From positions 1 to 34,249 of the IMG/VR virus record IMGVR_UViG_3300025723_000111: DNA of 34,249 nt; one strand, written 5' to 3'. This stretch comes from a virus (lineage: Duplodnaviria; Caudoviricetes). Each line of letters opens with the position of its first letter. Positions within the stretch are counted from its first letter, which is position 1. The position numbers were made by a program, and so were the translations under genes. The notes under the pieces were generated by a model. The model worked only from the letters and a program-made list of their open reading frames with translations. It ran no database searches and was not told where the DNA came from. Positions 6,933-17,156 of this stretch are shown piece by piece.

Positions 6933-8251
6933 AGATACCGTATAAGCCACGTGATGCGTTTCAACCATTACACCAAAGCAAAAAGCGATGGGCAGTAGTT
7001 GTAGCTCACCGTAGAGCTGGTAAGACTGTAGCTTGCGTTAATCAGCTAATTAAAGAAGCGGTGATGACAAAGCGCAAAGACTTTAGAGGGGCATACATTG
7101 CTCCATTCTATAAACAGTCTAAAAGCGTGGCATGGGATTACTTCAAACAATTCACTAGAGTCATAAGCGGAATAGTCATCAATGAGTCAGAACTTCGTAT
7201 CGACTTTAAGAACGGTGCAAGGATTCAGCTATTTGGTGCTGATAATGCCGATAGTCTGCGTGGCCTTTACTTTGATAGCATTATTTGTGATGAGTATGGC
7301 GATTGGAAATCTACTGTGTTTCAGTACGTTGTACGTCCTGCACTTGCTGACCGACAAGGTAAAGCAATTATCATTGGAACTCCAAAGGGGCGCAATCAGT
7401 TCTGGGAAGTCTTTGACAGAGCGAGTCATTCAGATGATTGGCTTGCGTTAAAGATAACTGTAGACGAATCAGGCATCTTACCTGCGTCAGAGGTTGCATC
7501 ACTAAAGCAAGAGCTATCAGAAGATGCTTGGCGTCAGGAGATGGAATGTGACTTTGATGCTGCATTGCCAGGCGCAATATGGGGTCGTGAACTCTATCAA
7601 GCAGAACAAGATGGTCGCATCACAGGAGTTGAGTATGATGACTATGCAGATGTATATACTGCTTGGGATTTGGGCTATAGCGATGATACTGCTATTTGGT
7701 TCTACCAAGTTATCCACGGAGAAGTACACTTTATTGATTTCTATTCTGCTTCTGGTAAGTCTATTGAACATTATGCTGCTCAAGTCTTAAGTAAGCCTTA
7801 CAGGTATAAGACGCACTTCCTACCACATGATGCGCGAGCAAAGACATTAGCTTCTGGTGGTAAATCAGTCATTGAAATGTTAGCCGAACACTTGAGCATA
7901 ACTAAAATGGCAATCACTCCTAGCTTATCAATGCAAGATGGTATACAAGCCACTCGCATGATGATGCCTAGAGCATGGTTTGACAAAGAGCGTTGCCATG
8001 ATGGCGTAGAAGCCCTCAAACAGTATCAACGTGAATGGGATGAGGATAAGAAAATGTTTAGGGATAAACCTAGACACGATTGGACTTCTCATGCTGCTGA
8101 CTCTATGCGCTATGCTGCGATTAACTGGAAAGAAGAAGTTAAACCAGTCGTGGAAGATAAACCAATTAGAGGAATTAGCGTTGGTCAGACTGATGTCACA
8201 TTGAATGAACTATGGGCTAGTCAGCCTAAACAAAAAATGAAAAGGATTTAA
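6920..8251 (+). CDS. terL: Terminase large subunit
   Basis: HRRAGKT, LRG...IICDEY, IIGTPKG, WDLG, HAADSMRY. Confidence 0.97.
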   Translation: MARIEIPYKPRDAFQPLHQSKKRWAVVVAHRRAGKTVACVNQLIKEAVMTKRKDFRGAYIAPFYKQSKSVAWDYFKQFTRVISGIVINESELRIDFKNGARIQLFGADNADSLRGLYFDSIICDEYGDWKSTVFQYVVRPALADRQGKAIIIGTPKGRNQFWEVFDRASHSDDWLALKITVDESGILPASEVASLKQELSEDAWRQEMECDFDAALPGAIWGRELYQAEQDGRITGVEYDDYADVYTAWDLGYSDDTAIWFYQVIHGEVHFIDFYSASGKSIEHYAAQVLSKPYRYKTHFLPHDARAKTLASGGKSVIEMLAEHLSITKMAITPSLSMQDGIQATRMMMPRAWFDKERCHDGVEALKQYQREWDEDKKMFRDKPRHDWTSHAADSMRYAAINWKEEVKPVVEDKPIRGISVGQTDVTLNELWASQPKQKMKRI

Positions 8252-8253
8252 AC

Positions 8254-8529
8254 ATGTCAGGTATTGCATCTTATGTAGGTGGATATAAACAAATCACAGC
8301 AACAGGTAACGTATCACCTATCGGTTGTAAGCTATTGGGTATTCTAGTGTCATCATCATCAAGCGGCACAGTAACTATTTATGATTCAGCTACGACTACA
8401 ACATCTACTAAAGTAGTAGACACAGTAACATTGACTGCTGGCACATGGCTTCCTATGCCTATTGGCTTTGCTTCAGGAGTTTACATTGTTGTTGGTGGCA
8501 CATTGAGTGCAACAGTAGTTTACGCTTAA
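8254..8529 (+). CDS. Small all-beta protein, probably structural
   Basis: G/S/T/V-rich 91 aa between TerL and portal. Confidence 0.65.
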   Translation: MSGIASYVGGYKQITATGNVSPIGCKLLGILVSSSSSGTVTIYDSATTTTSTKVVDTVTLTAGTWLPMPIGFASGVYIVVGGTLSATVVYA

Positions 8530-8538
8530 GGATAACTC

Positions 8539-10704
8539 ATGGCTAAAGTATCAGAGGTGACATCAGAGGTACAAGAGTACCTTGACATGTTTAGCCAATA
8601 CGACAAAGAGTTTGCTAAATGGGAAGGTCGTGTTGAGAAGATTCTCAAACGTTACCGTGATGACCGCACAACAACTACGGCTCAATCTCATTACAACATC
8701 TTGTGGGCTAACGTACAAACACTTAAAGCTGCTACTTTCAGCCGTATGCCACGTCCTGATGTATCACGTAGGTTCAAGGACAATGACCCTGTAGCTCGTG
8801 TAGCTGCTATGTTATTGGAACGTGCATTAGACTTTGAGATTACACATTCAGAGGACTTCCAACACTCACTAACTGCTTGCGTCTATGACCGCTTTTTGGG
8901 TGGTCGTGGTACAACATGGATTCGTTACGAGCCTGTGATTGAATCACAGCAATTCCAAGTATCAGAAGATGATGAAGCGACAGAGTCTGAAGGCGAATAC
9001 CTAGACATCGAGCAAGCGCCTGTTGATTACGTGCATTGGCGTGACTTTGGTCATAGCTATGGTCGTACATGGCCTGACGTAAACTGTGTATGGCGTAGAG
9101 TCTACATGGATAGAGATGCTTTGAAAGAGCGCTTTCCTGAAGAACAGTTCGACATGCTATGGAAACAGATTCCATTAGATGCGTCACCTGACGAACCTCG
9201 CACAAAGATGACAGAAGGCACAGTAAAACAAGCCCTCATCTATGAAGTATGGTGTCGTGATAAGAAGTGCGTATATTGGATTAGCAAGTCAATGGGTAAA
9301 ATCCTTGACAAGCGTGATGACCCTCTACAATTAGAGGAGTTCTTTCCATGCCCAGAGCCTATTTACTCTACATTGACTAACGAGTCATTAGTTCCTGTAC
9401 CTGACTTCACGCTATATCAAGACCAAGCTAATGAATTAGACACGCTTGCTGACCGTATTAAGGGTTTAGTAGACGCAATGAAGGTTCGTGGCTTCTATGA
9501 CGCTGCAAATGCTGATTTAGGCCGTCTATTTACTGAAGGTGATAACAATACGCTTATTCCTGTTAATAACTACGCTGCGTTTGCTGAAAAAGGTGGCATT
9601 GGTGGTTCAGTTCAGTTTGTAGACTTACAACCTATTGCTGCTGCTCTTAACATGGCTTATCAAGCGATGGGTCAAGTTAAGCAACAAATCTACGACATTA
9701 CAGGTATCTCTGACATTATCCGTGGTGCATCTGTAGCTTCTGAAACAGCTACTGCTCAACAGATTAAAGGTCAATACGCTACATTACGTTTAAAGACATA
9801 TCAAGACGAAGTAGCTCGCTTTGCCTCACAAATCTTGCGTATTAAAGCTCAAATTATCTGCCAACACTTCCAACCAGAGACAATCTACAAGATTGGTGGT
9901 GCTGCATTGTTAAGTCCAAATGACCAAGCAATGATTCCACAAGCGATGGCGTTGTTAAAAGACAATCCTATGCGTACATTCCGTGTAGAAGTTGCTACTG
10001 ATTCAATGTTGTATGCTGATGAACAACAAGAAAAAGCTGACCGTGTAGAGTTTATGCAATCTACAAGCGCTTTTATCGAGAAAGCTATCCAAGGCGCTCA
10101 ACAAGTTCCAGAATTAACACCGTTATTGATGGACTTATTGAAGTTTGGCGTTCAAGGCTTCCGTGTTGGTCGTACACTTGAAGGTGAGTTTGATACATTC
10201 GCTGATGCAGAGAAAGAAAAGCAAGCGCAAGCTCAAGCAAATCCTCAACCTAAACCTCCAACACCTGAAATGATGAGAGCGCAAGCTGAAGCTCAAAAAA
10301 TGCAGATGGAAGCTCAACTTGAGCAAATGCGTATGCAACTTGAGAATCAGAAACTTGAGTTTGATAAGTGGAAAACACAGCTTGATAACGATACTAAAGT
10401 CGTTGTGGCTGAAATTGCATCTAAAACTGACCTACACCTTAAGTCACTTGATATTAATGCGTCTAAAGAGCAGGAAACGCTTACAGAGGTCACTCCTGAT
10501 GGCATTGAACAACCAACTTCTGCATTGTCAGGCTTGGTCGAGGCAATTAATCAGAACTTGGGCATGATGGTCGCCACACAAGCTCAACATAATCAAGATT
10601 TAATGATGCAACAACAAGCTGCACATCAAAACTTGGTACAACAATTAACAAAGCCGAAGCAAGTCGTTCGTGGAGCTGATGGCAAAATCATAGGCGTTCA
10701 ATAA
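8539..10704 (+). CDS. Portal protein (P22-like, long Gln-rich coiled-coil C-terminus)
   Basis: Position, 721 aa, YNILWANV, IYDITGISDIIRG...ETATAQQIK, C-terminal helical barrel region. Confidence 0.92.
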   Translation: MAKVSEVTSEVQEYLDMFSQYDKEFAKWEGRVEKILKRYRDDRTTTTAQSHYNILWANVQTLKAATFSRMPRPDVSRRFKDNDPVARVAAMLLERALDFEITHSEDFQHSLTACVYDRFLGGRGTTWIRYEPVIESQQFQVSEDDEATESEGEYLDIEQAPVDYVHWRDFGHSYGRTWPDVNCVWRRVYMDRDALKERFPEEQFDMLWKQIPLDASPDEPRTKMTEGTVKQALIYEVWCRDKKCVYWISKSMGKILDKRDDPLQLEEFFPCPEPIYSTLTNESLVPVPDFTLYQDQANELDTLADRIKGLVDAMKVRGFYDAANADLGRLFTEGDNNTLIPVNNYAAFAEKGGIGGSVQFVDLQPIAAALNMAYQAMGQVKQQIYDITGISDIIRGASVASETATAQQIKGQYATLRLKTYQDEVARFASQILRIKAQIICQHFQPETIYKIGGAALLSPNDQAMIPQAMALLKDNPMRTFRVEVATDSMLYADEQQEKADRVEFMQSTSAFIEKAIQGAQQVPELTPLLMDLLKFGVQGFRVGRTLEGEFDTFADAEKEKQAQAQANPQPKPPTPEMMRAQAEAQKMQMEAQLEQMRMQLENQKLEFDKWKTQLDNDTKVVVAEIASKTDLHLKSLDINASKEQETLTEVTPDGIEQPTSALSGLVEAINQNLGMMVATQAQHNQDLMMQQQAAHQNLVQQLTKPKQVVRGADGKIIGVQ

Positions 10705-10705
10705 C

Positions 10706-13700
10706 ATGGCATTAGTCCTAGCAGATAGAGTATTAGAATCGACTCCTGTCGCTGGCACGGGAGATGCGAATTTAGGTGGTGCTGTTACAGGTTATCAACC
10801 ATTCTCAACTATTGGTAATGGTAATACAACTTACTACACAATCGTAGCAATTGATGACCAAGGTGCGCCTACAGGTGATTGGGAAGTAGGTATTGGTACT
10901 TATGTCACGGCAGGTAATAAGCTAACTCGTGATACTGTACTGTCATCATCTAATGGTGGCGCTAAAGTTTACTTTGCATCAGGCACAAAGCAAATCTTCC
11001 TAGACTTACCATCTGAAGAAGTGTTATTGACTGCTGGTAACGTATATGGTCCTACAAGCTCGACAAACAGTAACTTTGCATTGTTTGATGGTACAACAGG
11101 CAAGCTATTAAAAGATGCTGGCTATGGTGCTTCTGCATTCGCTACTGCTGCTCAAGGTGCTAAAGCTGATACTGCTGTTCAACCAGGCTCATTAGGTTCT
11201 GCTGCTTATTTAACTGCTGGTGCTGCTAACGGTGTTGCTACGCTTGACTCAAGCGCTAAAGTGCCTATCAGTCAGTTACCTGCTGCTGTATTAGGCGCAT
11301 TAAGCTATCAAGGCACATGGAACGCATCGACTAACACACCTACATTGGTGTCTAGTGCTGGCACAAAAGGCTATTACTACGTTGTTAGCGTGGCTGGTAC
11401 AACTAACCTTAATGGCATTACTGATTGGCAAATTGGTGACTGGGCTGTTTATGATGGCTCTGTATGGGAAAAGGTAGACAATACTGACCTTGTAACATCT
11501 GTAAATAGTAAAACAGGCGCTGTTGTACTAACGTATAGTGACGTTGGCGCTCAACCTGCTGGCACTTATGTAACTTCTGTAAGTGCTACAAGCCCTGTGA
11601 CATCTACAGGCGGTACAACACCAACGATTGCTATGCCTGCTGCTACGACAAGCGTATCAGGATACCTCACCAGCACAGACTGGAATACCTTTAATGGTAA
11701 GGGGTCAGGCTCTGTTACTTCAATATCAGGCACAGGCACAATATCAGGTATTAGCTTAAGCGGTACAGTAACAACTACAGGTTCATTGACGCTTGGTGGC
11801 ACATTAGACTTATCTAGCCCTCCTGTTATTGGTGGTACTACACCTAACACGATTACAGGCACTACAATCAATGCCAATACTAAATTCGTTGCTCCTGACT
11901 ATTACGCTCAATCAATATTGGGTGGTAATTTACGTACATCAGGCGGCACAAGCTTACTTAATTGGGATGGCGGTGGAAGTGGCAATGTAACTGTTAATGG
12001 CGGTTTATTAGCTAATCCTGCTAACAAGAATGTAAGCCTTTCACCTACAGGTTCAGGCACAGTAACAATTAATCCTGCTACTGCTGGTACGTTTAACAAT
12101 ATGGTTATTGGTGGTACAACACCTTTAGCTGGCACGTTTACAAGCTTAACTGCAACAGGCACAACAACATTAGCTACATCACTAACAGGTTTAGCTAAAC
12201 TAACATCAGGTGTTGTATCTACTGCAACAAGCGGTACAGATTATGCTCCTGCAACATCAGGCACATCTATTCTTTATGGTAACGGCGCTGGTGGGTTTAG
12301 CAACGTAACAATCGGTAGTGGTGTTTCTTTTGCTAGTGGTACGCTATCAGCAACAGGTTCAGGCGGTACAGTTACTTCTGTATCAGGCACATCACCTATT
12401 AGCTCTACAGGCGGCACAACACCAGCAATCAGCATTTCTCAAGCGACTACTTCTACTAGTGGTTATTTAAGTTCAACTGATTGGAATACATTTAATAATA
12501 AGCAACCAGCAGGAACTTATGTAACTGCGGTTACTGTTGTTTCAGCTAATGGCTTTACAGGTACATCAAATGGTGGTGCAACTCCAGCATTAACACTTGG
12601 CACAAGCATTACAGGATTGTTAAAAGGTAATGGAACTGCTATCTCTGCTGCAACTTCGGGAACTGATTATGCTCCAGCTACATCAGGGTCATCTATCCTA
12701 TATGGTAATGGTGCAGGTGGTTTTAGTAATGTAACTGTAGGCTCTGGTTTAAGTTTTAGCACTGGTACTTTAAGTGCAACAAGTTCTATGGTTTATCCAG
12801 GCGCAGGTATTCCGAACTCAACAGGTTCAGCTTGGGGAACTTCTTACACTACAACAGGTTCAGGAACTGTTGTTGCTTTAGCTACGTCACCTACATTTGC
12901 AACATCTATTTTGGGTGATTTTAGCAATGCTACTTTAGCAAGCAGGACATTATTTAAAACATCTACAACCAATGCCGCAACAGGTATTTATGCAGTCCCT
13001 AACGGCACAAGCACAGCGGCTTCATGGCAAGCATCTAATGCAGCAGACCCAACCAATGCAAGCAAGATTTTAATTGCTACTAACGGATCTACAGACGTTC
13101 AATTAGTATCAGGCATCAATGGCACAGGCACATACCTGCCAATGGGGTTTTGGAATAATGGTGCGGAAAAAGCTAGATTATCAGTATCAGGTGGCTTCTC
13201 TGTAGGTACTACGACAGATGCTGGTTCTAATAATATATTAGCAGCAGGCTCTGTTAAAGGCGCATCATTAATTGCATCTGGAAGTACATCAGGAAGTGTA
13301 ACAATACAAGCGCCTGCTGTAGCAGGCTCTACGACATTAACATTGCCAGCAACAACTGGAACTGTAATGGTAAATGGGCCAGCTTTTAGTGCTTATCAAA
13401 GTTCAGCACAAACTCCAGCAACAGGAACATGGACTAAATTAACCTTTACTACAAAAGATTTTGATACAAATTCAAATTTTGCAAGCTCAACATTTACGCC
13501 AACAGTCGCTGGCTATTATCAAGTAAATGCACAAGCTCAAGTAGGAGCTATACCATCAGGCATTTCGGTAAGCATATATAAAAATGGGGCGGTGTATAAA
13601 AGTGGAACTTATATTGTTACGTCAGCTGCTTACAACGCATCAATTGCGTCTATTTTAGTTTATTGCAATGGAACAACTGATTATATTGATGCTTATGTAT

Positions 13701-13765
13701 ATATAGGAACTTCTGGTGCATTAAATGCAGCACAATTTTCAGCAGCCATGGTAAGGAGTGCATAA
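10706..13765 (+). CDS. Long modular fibre/adhesin with C-terminal C1q-like domain
   Basis: MALVLADRV N-terminus, G/S/T-rich repeated modules, YQGTWNASTNTPTL, GPAFSAY...FTPTVAGYYQVN. Confidence 0.85.
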   Translation: MALVLADRVLESTPVAGTGDANLGGAVTGYQPFSTIGNGNTTYYTIVAIDDQGAPTGDWEVGIGTYVTAGNKLTRDTVLSSSNGGAKVYFASGTKQIFLDLPSEEVLLTAGNVYGPTSSTNSNFALFDGTTGKLLKDAGYGASAFATAAQGAKADTAVQPGSLGSAAYLTAGAANGVATLDSSAKVPISQLPAAVLGALSYQGTWNASTNTPTLVSSAGTKGYYYVVSVAGTTNLNGITDWQIGDWAVYDGSVWEKVDNTDLVTSVNSKTGAVVLTYSDVGAQPAGTYVTSVSATSPVTSTGGTTPTIAMPAATTSVSGYLTSTDWNTFNGKGSGSVTSISGTGTISGISLSGTVTTTGSLTLGGTLDLSSPPVIGGTTPNTITGTTINANTKFVAPDYYAQSILGGNLRTSGGTSLLNWDGGGSGNVTVNGGLLANPANKNVSLSPTGSGTVTINPATAGTFNNMVIGGTTPLAGTFTSLTATGTTTLATSLTGLAKLTSGVVSTATSGTDYAPATSGTSILYGNGAGGFSNVTIGSGVSFASGTLSATGSGGTVTSVSGTSPISSTGGTTPAISISQATTSTSGYLSSTDWNTFNNKQPAGTYVTAVTVVSANGFTGTSNGGATPALTLGTSITGLLKGNGTAISAATSGTDYAPATSGSSILYGNGAGGFSNVTVGSGLSFSTGTLSATSSMVYPGAGIPNSTGSAWGTSYTTTGSGTVVALATSPTFATSILGDFSNATLASRTLFKTSTTNAATGIYAVPNGTSTAASWQASNAADPTNASKILIATNGSTDVQLVSGINGTGTYLPMGFWNNGAEKARLSVSGGFSVGTTTDAGSNNILAAGSVKGASLIASGSTSGSVTIQAPAVAGSTTLTLPATTGTVMVNGPAFSAYQSSAQTPATGTWTKLTFTTKDFDTNSNFASSTFTPTVAGYYQVNAQAQVGAIPSGISVSIYKNGAVYKSGTYIVTSAAYNASIASILVYCNGTTDYIDAYVYIGTSGALNAAQFSAAMVRSA
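12224..12781 (+). repeat. Internal duplication in fibre gene (12224..12355 vs 12650..12781)
   Basis: ATSGTDYAPATSGxSILYGNGAGGFSNVTxGSGxSFxxGTLSAT twice; differences mainly at third codon positions. Confidence 0.9.
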
Positions 13766-13929
13766 TGTTATACGATAAAATTAAACAACTATATCCAGAA
13801 TTAACAGACATAGACTTCTTAACAACTATTCGCTTACAAAACGATAGCGATGGTCGTGGCGATTACATAGCTTATTGGGAACATCCGACATTAACTAAAC
13901 CTACAAATGAGCAATTAGCAGAGGAGTAA
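13765..13929 (+). CDS. XkdW/YorD-like fibre chaperone (54 aa), not in ORF track
   Basis: TAATG coupling; LYPEL...LQNDSDGRGDYIAYWEHPTLTKPTNEQL. Confidence 0.85.
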   Translation: MLYDKIKQLYPELTDIDFLTTIRLQNDSDGRGDYIAYWEHPTLTKPTNEQLAEE

Positions 13930-13932
13930 TAA

Positions 13933-14295
13933 ATGTTTGGCTTTAATAGCTTTGCTAGTACGGCCTTTAACTCCCTCCTAAACAAAATATCCCGTCCGAA
14001 TCCTAACGTATGGGGTTCAAAGGGTGGTATTGGCAAGAAAAAGAAAGAACATCTTAAGTTATCAGGTCGTGCAGAGATTAAAGAGTACCTTGCAAGCATA
14101 TTTGCTGACCCTGTAGCGCAAGATTTAAAAGAAGAAGTAGCAGAATATGTAAAGCCATCTCAAGGCTTGTCAGTCAACTCAATTGATTACGGTAAGTTAG
14201 CTCAAAACGTAGAGCTAGTTCAGCGAATCATGCACCAAATTCAAGAAATGCAAAACGAACAGGAGGATGAAGCATTACTACTAATGCTCATGTAG
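13933..14295 (+). CDS. Hypothetical virion-associated protein
   Basis: GAGGAG RBS; MFGFNSFASTAF N-terminus; EQEDEALLLMLM C-terminus. Confidence 0.75.
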   Translation: MFGFNSFASTAFNSLLNKISRPNPNVWGSKGGIGKKKKEHLKLSGRAEIKEYLASIFADPVAQDLKEEVAEYVKPSQGLSVNSIDYGKLAQNVELVQRIMHQIQEMQNEQEDEALLLMLM

Positions 14296-14297
14296 CC

Positions 14298-14699
14298 ATG
14301 GCAGCAATTAATGATATTACAGGCGATTCTATACAGACTCGCACTATAACAAAAGAGTTTCAAGACAATCACGAAAAAATCTTTGGTAAGAAAGAAAAGT
14401 CAGGTTCTAAACGCTGGATTCAAGACCCTGTCACTTTCAAGCTTGTACCTGCTGACGAATACTACGGTCCACGTGAAAACGCAGGTCCATATATTCAAGA
14501 CGATGTAAAGCCTTATCAGTCAATGATTGATGGAAGCATGATTGAGGGCAAGCGTGACCATAGAGAACACTTAAAGCGTAACAACTGCATTGAAGCAGGT
14601 GATATGCCTATAAAGAATCCTGAACGTCCAAAGGATAACAGCTTGAAAGAGCGATTGATTTACGAAGTAATGGAACGCCACAGAGGTCAGTGGAAATAA
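14298..14699 (+). CDS. Conserved hypothetical head-region protein
   Basis: PYQSMIDGSMI...HREHLKRNNCIEAG; upstream of scaffold. Confidence 0.75.
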   Translation: MAAINDITGDSIQTRTITKEFQDNHEKIFGKKEKSGSKRWIQDPVTFKLVPADEYYGPRENAGPYIQDDVKPYQSMIDGSMIEGKRDHREHLKRNNCIEAGDMPIKNPERPKDNSLKERLIYEVMERHRGQWK

Positions 14700-14717
14700 T
14701 TTAACAAGGAGCAATAA

Positions 14718-15083
14718 ATGACAACAACAGTAAATTTAACTGGTAGTGGCACTCCAGGCTTAACGGCTGATGCTATTACAGGTTTTGTAACAATTGGCCA
14801 AACAGCATCAGGTTCTGCTCAAGGCTCACAAACAACACCTACAGACGTAAATGTGTACTCAACATCTACAGCTAACTATGGTCCTACATTGCCATCAACA
14901 GCACAATCTGGTGATAGCTATTTCGTTGCTAACAACACAGCTAACTCAATGAACGTATGGCCTCCAGTTGGCGGTGCAATTGGTACAGGTTCAGCAAATG
15001 CAGCATTAGCAGTTCCAGCAGGTAAAGCAGCAAAATTTGTATCAATCGGTTCAGGTAACTGGTTTGCAATCGTATCAGCTTAA
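14718..15083 (+). CDS. Small beta-rich structural protein (possible decoration)
   Basis: AAGGAG RBS; A/G/T/S-rich. Confidence 0.7.
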   Translation: MTTTVNLTGSGTPGLTADAITGFVTIGQTASGSAQGSQTTPTDVNVYSTSTANYGPTLPSTAQSGDSYFVANNTANSMNVWPPVGGAIGTGSANAALAVPAGKAAKFVSIGSGNWFAIVSA

Positions 15084-15102
15084 TTAATCAAAAGGAAGCA
15101 AA

Positions 15103-16128
15103 ATGGAAAACAACCAGACTACTCTGGATGAACCAATTAGCCTTCGAGATACAATCGAAAATGCTATTGAATCAACAGAACCAGAAGTAACAGAAGAAAC
15201 GACCTCACAGGAAGCGACAGAAAGCGTTAAAAGCGAACGACCAAGGGATGAGTCAGGGAAGTTTGCAAAAACCTCACAGCCGAGCGAGAAAAGCGTTACA
15301 GAGGCATCTGATGATAATTATGAGCAAGAAGAAGTAAAAGTTGAAACAAAACCTCGTCCTAGTTCATGGAAAAAGGATTATGAGGAACATTGGGGCAAAT
15401 TAGACCCTACTTTGCAGGATTATATTCAGCAACGTGAAGCTGATTATGCAAAAGGTGTATCAACTTACAAAAACCAATGGGATATGGCAGCTCCAATCGT
15501 TGAAGCTATCCGTCCTTTTGAACAAACGCTAAAACAAAACAACATAGACCCTGCAAGATGGATTTCTCAATTAGGGAATGCACATTCGCAGTTAGTTTAT
15601 GGTTCGCCAGAGCAAAAGCTTCAAATGTTTGCTCAATTAGCGAATGATTATGGTGTTAATTTAGGTCAATTGACAGGTCAAACAGGATATGACCCTCAAT
15701 TCTCACAGTTAGCCCAAGAGTTAAATCAAATTAAGAATCAATGGACGAGCTTCCAATCTCAACAAGAGATGCAAGAGCAAGCCCAATTGCAGAATGAGAT
15801 TGCATCTTTCAAAGATGACAAGCCTTATTTTGACGAAGTGCGTGAAACCATGGCTGGATTACTCCAAAGCGGAATGGCAAACGACCTTCAATCAGCTTAT
15901 GACAAAGCTATCCGATTAAACGATGATGTATTCCAAAAAGTAAGTGCAACACATGCACAGAACTTTGGAGCAGCTCAACGAGAAAAGGTAGCACAAGCCA
16001 AAGCAAAGGTACTTTCACCTAAATCAACAACGCCTACAGCGTCAGCGACCAATGGTGGTAAGTCCGCAAGTTCCGCACGTGAAGCTATCATGCAAGCCAT
16101 GGAGCAACACTCAAGCGGTTTAATCTGA
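15103..16128 (+). CDS. Capsid scaffolding protein
   Basis: Acidic N-terminus, RDESGKFAK, PSSWKK, helical, directly upstream of MCP. Confidence 0.85.
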   Translation: MENNQTTLDEPISLRDTIENAIESTEPEVTEETTSQEATESVKSERPRDESGKFAKTSQPSEKSVTEASDDNYEQEEVKVETKPRPSSWKKDYEEHWGKLDPTLQDYIQQREADYAKGVSTYKNQWDMAAPIVEAIRPFEQTLKQNNIDPARWISQLGNAHSQLVYGSPEQKLQMFAQLANDYGVNLGQLTGQTGYDPQFSQLAQELNQIKNQWTSFQSQQEMQEQAQLQNEIASFKDDKPYFDEVRETMAGLLQSGMANDLQSAYDKAIRLNDDVFQKVSATHAQNFGAAQREKVAQAKAKVLSPKSTTPTASATNGGKSASSAREAIMQAMEQHSSGLI

Positions 16129-16149
16129 CAATAAATAAGGAGTGACATT

Positions 16150-17145
16150 ATGGCATTTGCCAATTCAACCGTGTCAGACATTATTGCAACTACCATTCAA
16201 AGTCGTAGTGGCAAATTGGCTGACAACGTAACACTAAACAATGCGGTTCTAGACCGTTTACGCAAACGTGGTAACGTACGCCCATTCTCTGGCGGTAACG
16301 TGATTCTTGAAGAAATCATGTACAACGATACTAACACTAACAACACTAACTCATACAGCGGTTACGAGACATTGAACATTGCGCCTAACAGCCCAATTTC
16401 AGCAGCTCAATTCCCTATCGCTCAATACGCTAGTGCTGTTACTATCTCTGGCCTTGAAATGTTGCAAAACAGTTCAAAAGAAGCAATCATCGACTTGTTA
16501 GAAGGTCGTGTTCAAGTTGCTGAAGGTCAATTGCTTAACCGTATCCAAACTGACATCTACGGTGACGGTACTGGTAACGGTGGTAAAAACTTGACAGGCT
16601 TGGCTGCTGCTGTAGCTGATAGCCCATCAAGCGGTACTTATGGTGGTATTAACCGTGCTACATGGTCTTTCTGGCGTAACCAAGCGTTCTCTGGCGTGAC
16701 TAACGGTGGTGCTGCTGTTTCTGCTGCTAACATTCAATCTTACATGACACAATTGGCTATCAAGCTAGTTCGTGGTCAAGATAAGGCTGACTTAATCGTA
16801 GCTGACAACAACTACTACTCACTATATGTAAACTCATTGCAAGCTATCCAACGTGTAACTTCTGCTGAAGAAGGCGCTGCTGGTTTCGCTTCATTGAAAT
16901 TCTACGGTGGCGGTACATCTGCTGACGTTGTACTAGGTGGCGGTATTGGTAACCAAGCAACTGCAAACCACATGTGGTTCTTGAATACTAACTACATTTA
17001 CTTCCGTCCACACACAGACCGTAACTTTGCTCCTATCGGTGGCGAACGTCAATCTGTAAACCAAGACGCTGTTGTGAAATTGATTGGCTGGGCTGGTAAC
17101 ATGACAAGCTCTGGTCCTCAATTCTCTGGCGTTCTAACTGCTTAA
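16150..17145 (+). CDS. Major capsid protein
   Basis: 331 aa, strong AAGGAG RBS, highly biased codons, YGDGTGNGGK, YGGINRATWSFWRN. Confidence 0.93.
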   Translation: MAFANSTVSDIIATTIQSRSGKLADNVTLNNAVLDRLRKRGNVRPFSGGNVILEEIMYNDTNTNNTNSYSGYETLNIAPNSPISAAQFPIAQYASAVTISGLEMLQNSSKEAIIDLLEGRVQVAEGQLLNRIQTDIYGDGTGNGGKNLTGLAAAVADSPSSGTYGGINRATWSFWRNQAFSGVTNGGAAVSAANIQSYMTQLAIKLVRGQDKADLIVADNNYYSLYVNSLQAIQRVTSAEEGAAGFASLKFYGGGTSADVVLGGGIGNQATANHMWFLNTNYIYFRPHTDRNFAPIGGERQSVNQDAVVKLIGWAGNMTSSGPQFSGVLTA

Positions 17146-17156
17146 GGAGATATAAC

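Noticed and set aside
7182-8019. Alternative-frame and antisense ORFs inside terL (likewise those inside portal, fibre, MCP, hub and ejection genes)
   Set aside because: No RBS or recognisable motifs; these are shadows of strongly biased coding sequence.
11533-12781. Diversity-generating retroelement TR/VR pair
   Set aside because: Both copies are coding, mismatches are synonymous rather than adenine-specific, and no reverse transcriptase is present.
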